Below the pieces are notes generated by a model, which saw nothing but the letters and a program-made list of their open reading frames with translations, did no database searches and had not been told where the DNA came from. Of a DNA stretch of 64,000 bases, positions 61,761 to 64,000 are shown one piece after another; positions within the stretch are counted from its first letter, which is position 1; the number at the start of each line of letters is the position of its first letter. The translations under genes were made by a program, and so were the position numbers. The DNA is taken from positions 1,312,001 through 1,376,000 of the forward strand of contig OY970340.1 in NCBI GenBank assembly GCA_963717465.1, in the 5' to 3' direction. Source of the DNA: Candidatus Bathyarchaeota archaeon. GTDB lineage: Archaea > Thermoproteota > Bathyarchaeia > Bathyarchaeales > Bathycorpusculaceae.

Positions 61761-62120
61761 TTATTTCATTAACGCAGGGGCTATCTTGATTATACCGTCA
61801 TAACTTCCTTCAATTTTGACTGCGCCGCTTGCTGCTGCGCTTTGGCCGTCAATTTCTCCTGATAACACACCTGATAAGGTGTCTGCTGTTGTCACAAGGG
61901 AAGATACGGCTTCTTTGGCTCTTATCTTCTTCCAAGGTCCTTTTTCAACTTTTTCAACTGTGCCGTCCATTGCTATTTTAATCCACCATCCCATGTCTAT
62001 GTCCTCGAACCCGATTCTGAAAGCTTTGCCCCAGTCTTTCAACGATTCTGTGTTCTTTTTGAGTCTGCTGATAAGTTCATTAACCGAATCCTCGGCTATT
62101 TTTTCTTTATCTTCCGACAT
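61761..62120 (-). CDS. SCP2 sterol/lipid-binding domain protein, copy 2
   Basis: DTLSGVLSGEIDGQSAAASGAVKIEGS; shares DGxVEKxEKGP and KxAPALM with 45654-46019. Confidence 0.8.
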   Translation of the reverse strand: MSEDKEKIAEDSVNELISRLKKNTESLKDWGKAFRIGFEDIDMGWWIKIAMDGTVEKVEKGPWKKIRAKEAVSSLVTTADTLSGVLSGEIDGQSAAASGAVKIEGSYDGIIKIAPALMK

Positions 62121-62247
62121 TCTTTCCACCTTAATACTTTCTCTAAAAAACATCTATTTAAAACTGAACTAATATAATTATTTACAAACAAGAGAATAAA
62201 TGTTGATTTTACATTAACTTTATAGATAGTTTCGACTAACATGAGTA

Positions 62248-62982
62248 ATGGTGAAAAGGGTTATGTCTCTTGACGAAAACACGAAAAAGGAAATTGAAGC
62301 TGCCTTCACTGAACAAAACGATATAAAATGTGCAGAACTAACGAAAAAAGCTCTTGATGCTGGTGCTGATCCAGCTGTAATTCTGGAAACTGAAATAGGA
62401 ATCGTAAAGAAACTTTGTGAAAACAGTTGGTGGACAGGCGGTGTTGAGAAGAGTGCTAAAGAAAGCGAAAAGACTCTTCTACTCTCTGACTTAATAATGA
62501 TTGGAGACTGTTTAAAGACTAGTGCCGAAATTCTTAAGCCTTCTCTAATGGGCAAAATTAGTAAAGCCGGTGGTGGACGAATAGTTACTGGAACGATTGA
62601 GGGCGATATTCACGATATAGGCAAAAACATAGTTGCCGATATCTGGACTTCGGCTGGATATCAAGTTGAAGACTTAGGTTTTGATGTGCCACCTAAAAAC
62701 TTTATAAATTCTGTAAAAGCGGGCAGATGTGACATTGTTGCCATAAGCTGCTCAATGGGTATGGCTAAGACAGGGATTTCAAAGGTCGTTACTGAACTTA
62801 AAAAAATGGGGCTACGTGAAAAAGTAAAGATCATTGATGGTGGGCAAGCATGTTATACCACAGATGTTGAAAGACTTGGAGTTGATGTGATGGGATTAGA
62901 TCAAATAGATGGTTTAAACAAAGCAAATGAATTAATGAGAATACTTAAAGAAGAAAGAGCTAAAAAAGAGGTGAAAGCATGA
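62248..62982 (+). CDS. Corrinoid protein, divergent MtaC-like, copy 2
   Basis: GTIEGDIHDIGKN, AISCSMGMA, IIDGGQ; LSDLIMIGxCL shared with 47900-48622. Confidence 0.92.
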   Translation: MVKRVMSLDENTKKEIEAAFTEQNDIKCAELTKKALDAGADPAVILETEIGIVKKLCENSWWTGGVEKSAKESEKTLLLSDLIMIGDCLKTSAEILKPSLMGKISKAGGGRIVTGTIEGDIHDIGKNIVADIWTSAGYQVEDLGFDVPPKNFINSVKAGRCDIVAISCSMGMAKTGISKVVTELKKMGLREKVKIIDGGQACYTTDVERLGVDVMGLDQIDGLNKANELMRILKEERAKKEVKA

Positions 62983-64000
62983 GTTTAAGAATACCTCAAG
63001 AAATAAACGGTGAATACTTTAGAACTCTTAACAATATTCCATTCACTTATCAGTGGACTGAAACTGAAGAATTCATCATTTCTAAATGCCGCGCAAGAAT
63101 CATGGAAAAGAAGAGTGAAGAGCAATTAACACCAAGACAACGAGTTTCAAGAACTCTTTACAGCAATGGACCACTTGACCGCTTATCCACTGTTATTTCC
63201 GGAGTTCACAATGCAATGCCACGAGTTTTTGATGCCTTCGGTGAAACCCCCTCAGTATTCGGTCAAAAAGACATGATTAATTATCCAAACTTGGATTTCC
63301 TTGGGACAGTGATGTGGACTGCAAAGTTCTGGATGAATGACCAAGTTGCTCCTTCAAATTTCAGTTATGCAGAAGAAGTATTTAGCAGTAAGTACAGGTT
63401 GATTGAATATGGTCCGCCATTATCCATTGAGCCTTTACTGAGAAATAAAGAAGACGCATTATTCTTCCTAGACAACATGCCTGACCCAGCACTACAAGGA
63501 ACTTACCCAGAATATTTGTGGCTGCTTAAACAGGGGCTCAAATTCTTCCCAGAATTCTACCTGTCAGGATCCGTTTGTCCCGGCACCATATCTGGCGCCA
63601 GTTTCCTTAGAGGAATAAAGAATCTCTTGGTTGACATGCGTAAAAATCCTGAAATGGCTGAACTAATACTCAAATGCTCCTCTCAATTCCTTAAGAAAAA
63701 GATGGATAGGATGATACCGATACTGGACCAAGACCTTGATGAGAATGGAAAAGGTAACTTCCTATGGTGGTGCGATGCTGCAAGCTTCTTTAATCTTGAA
63801 GAATTCAAGCGAACTTTGCCTCTCACTTATGGCTCTGATGTTCCTTATGCTGAAAAGAAAGGATTCAGATGCGGATTTGCTCCAGAAGCTCCTCTGGCCA
63901 CAATGGACGTGGTAAGTCAAGTCGCTTCTGAGCACGGTGGATGCATTGGTATCCTTGGGCATAATGAGTCTCCACCAATCGAAGAATGGTACAAGATGAC
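62979..64000 (+). CDS. UroD/MtaA-fold methyltransferase-like protein, copy 2 (runs off the window; absent from the ORF track)
   Basis: ATG overlaps the corrinoid stop (ATGA). Hand translation: MSLRIPQEING...YGPPLSIEP...MPDPALQGTYP...VCPGTISGASFLRGIKNLL...NGKGNFLWWCD, open to the end. Confidence 0.85.
   Translation, partial: MSLRIPQEINGEYFRTLNNIPFTYQWTETEEFIISKCRARIMEKKSEEQLTPRQRVSRTLYSNGPLDRLSTVISGVHNAMPRVFDAFGETPSVFGQKDMINYPNLDFLGTVMWTAKFWMNDQVAPSNFSYAEEVFSSKYRLIEYGPPLSIEPLLRNKEDALFFLDNMPDPALQGTYPEYLWLLKQGLKFFPEFYLSGSVCPGTISGASFLRGIKNLLVDMRKNPEMAELILKCSSQFLKKKMDRMIPILDQDLDENGKGNFLWWCDAASFFNLEEFKRTLPLTYGSDVPYAEKKGFRCGFAPEAPLATMDVVSQVASEHGGCIGILGHNESPPIEEWYKM

Noticed and set aside
1..64000. 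tRNA or rRNA genes
   Set aside because: No cloverleaf or rRNA-like sequence recognised in the intergenic regions by eye; a tRNAscan-SE/Infernal run would be decisive

Overview
Archaeal DNA. It carries an ATP-dependent DNA ligase, two group II chaperonins, four TrmB-type and three small winged-helix regulators, and a thiolase/DUF35 pair; Bathyarchaeia is my inference from gene content, not a computed result. The left half (1-33 kb) is mixed housekeeping and accessory genes: an Hhe-type DUF4011 helicase-nuclease, lig, a ketosteroid-dehydrogenase-like flavoprotein, moeB, ABC genes, arsB, ilvC, nadA and cysteine synthase. The right half (33-64 kb) is an accessory island. It has (i) a MoxR/VWA operon with two stand-alone AAA-lid-like proteins and (ii) a nitrogenase-like NifH-NifD fusion plus a second subunit, without the FeMo-co ligands. 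It also has (iii) two rearranged copies of a five-family module: GcvH-like lipoyl carrier, SCP2 lipid-binding protein, divergent corrinoid protein, UroD/MtaA-fold methyltransferase and TrmB regulator. This module is the best candidate for an undescribed system. Further elements are (iv) a third corrinoid/methyltransferase pair, (v) two divergent thermosome subunits, and (vi) a structured non-coding tract at 44.7-45.6 kb with a TGT-N3-ACA box array, palindromes and a probable solo-Cas1 C-terminal remnant. At least eight genes are split, mostly by single extra bases, which most likely reflects sequencing error. I saw no rRNA, tRNA or CRISPR array. All family assignments come from motif recognition, not database searches.
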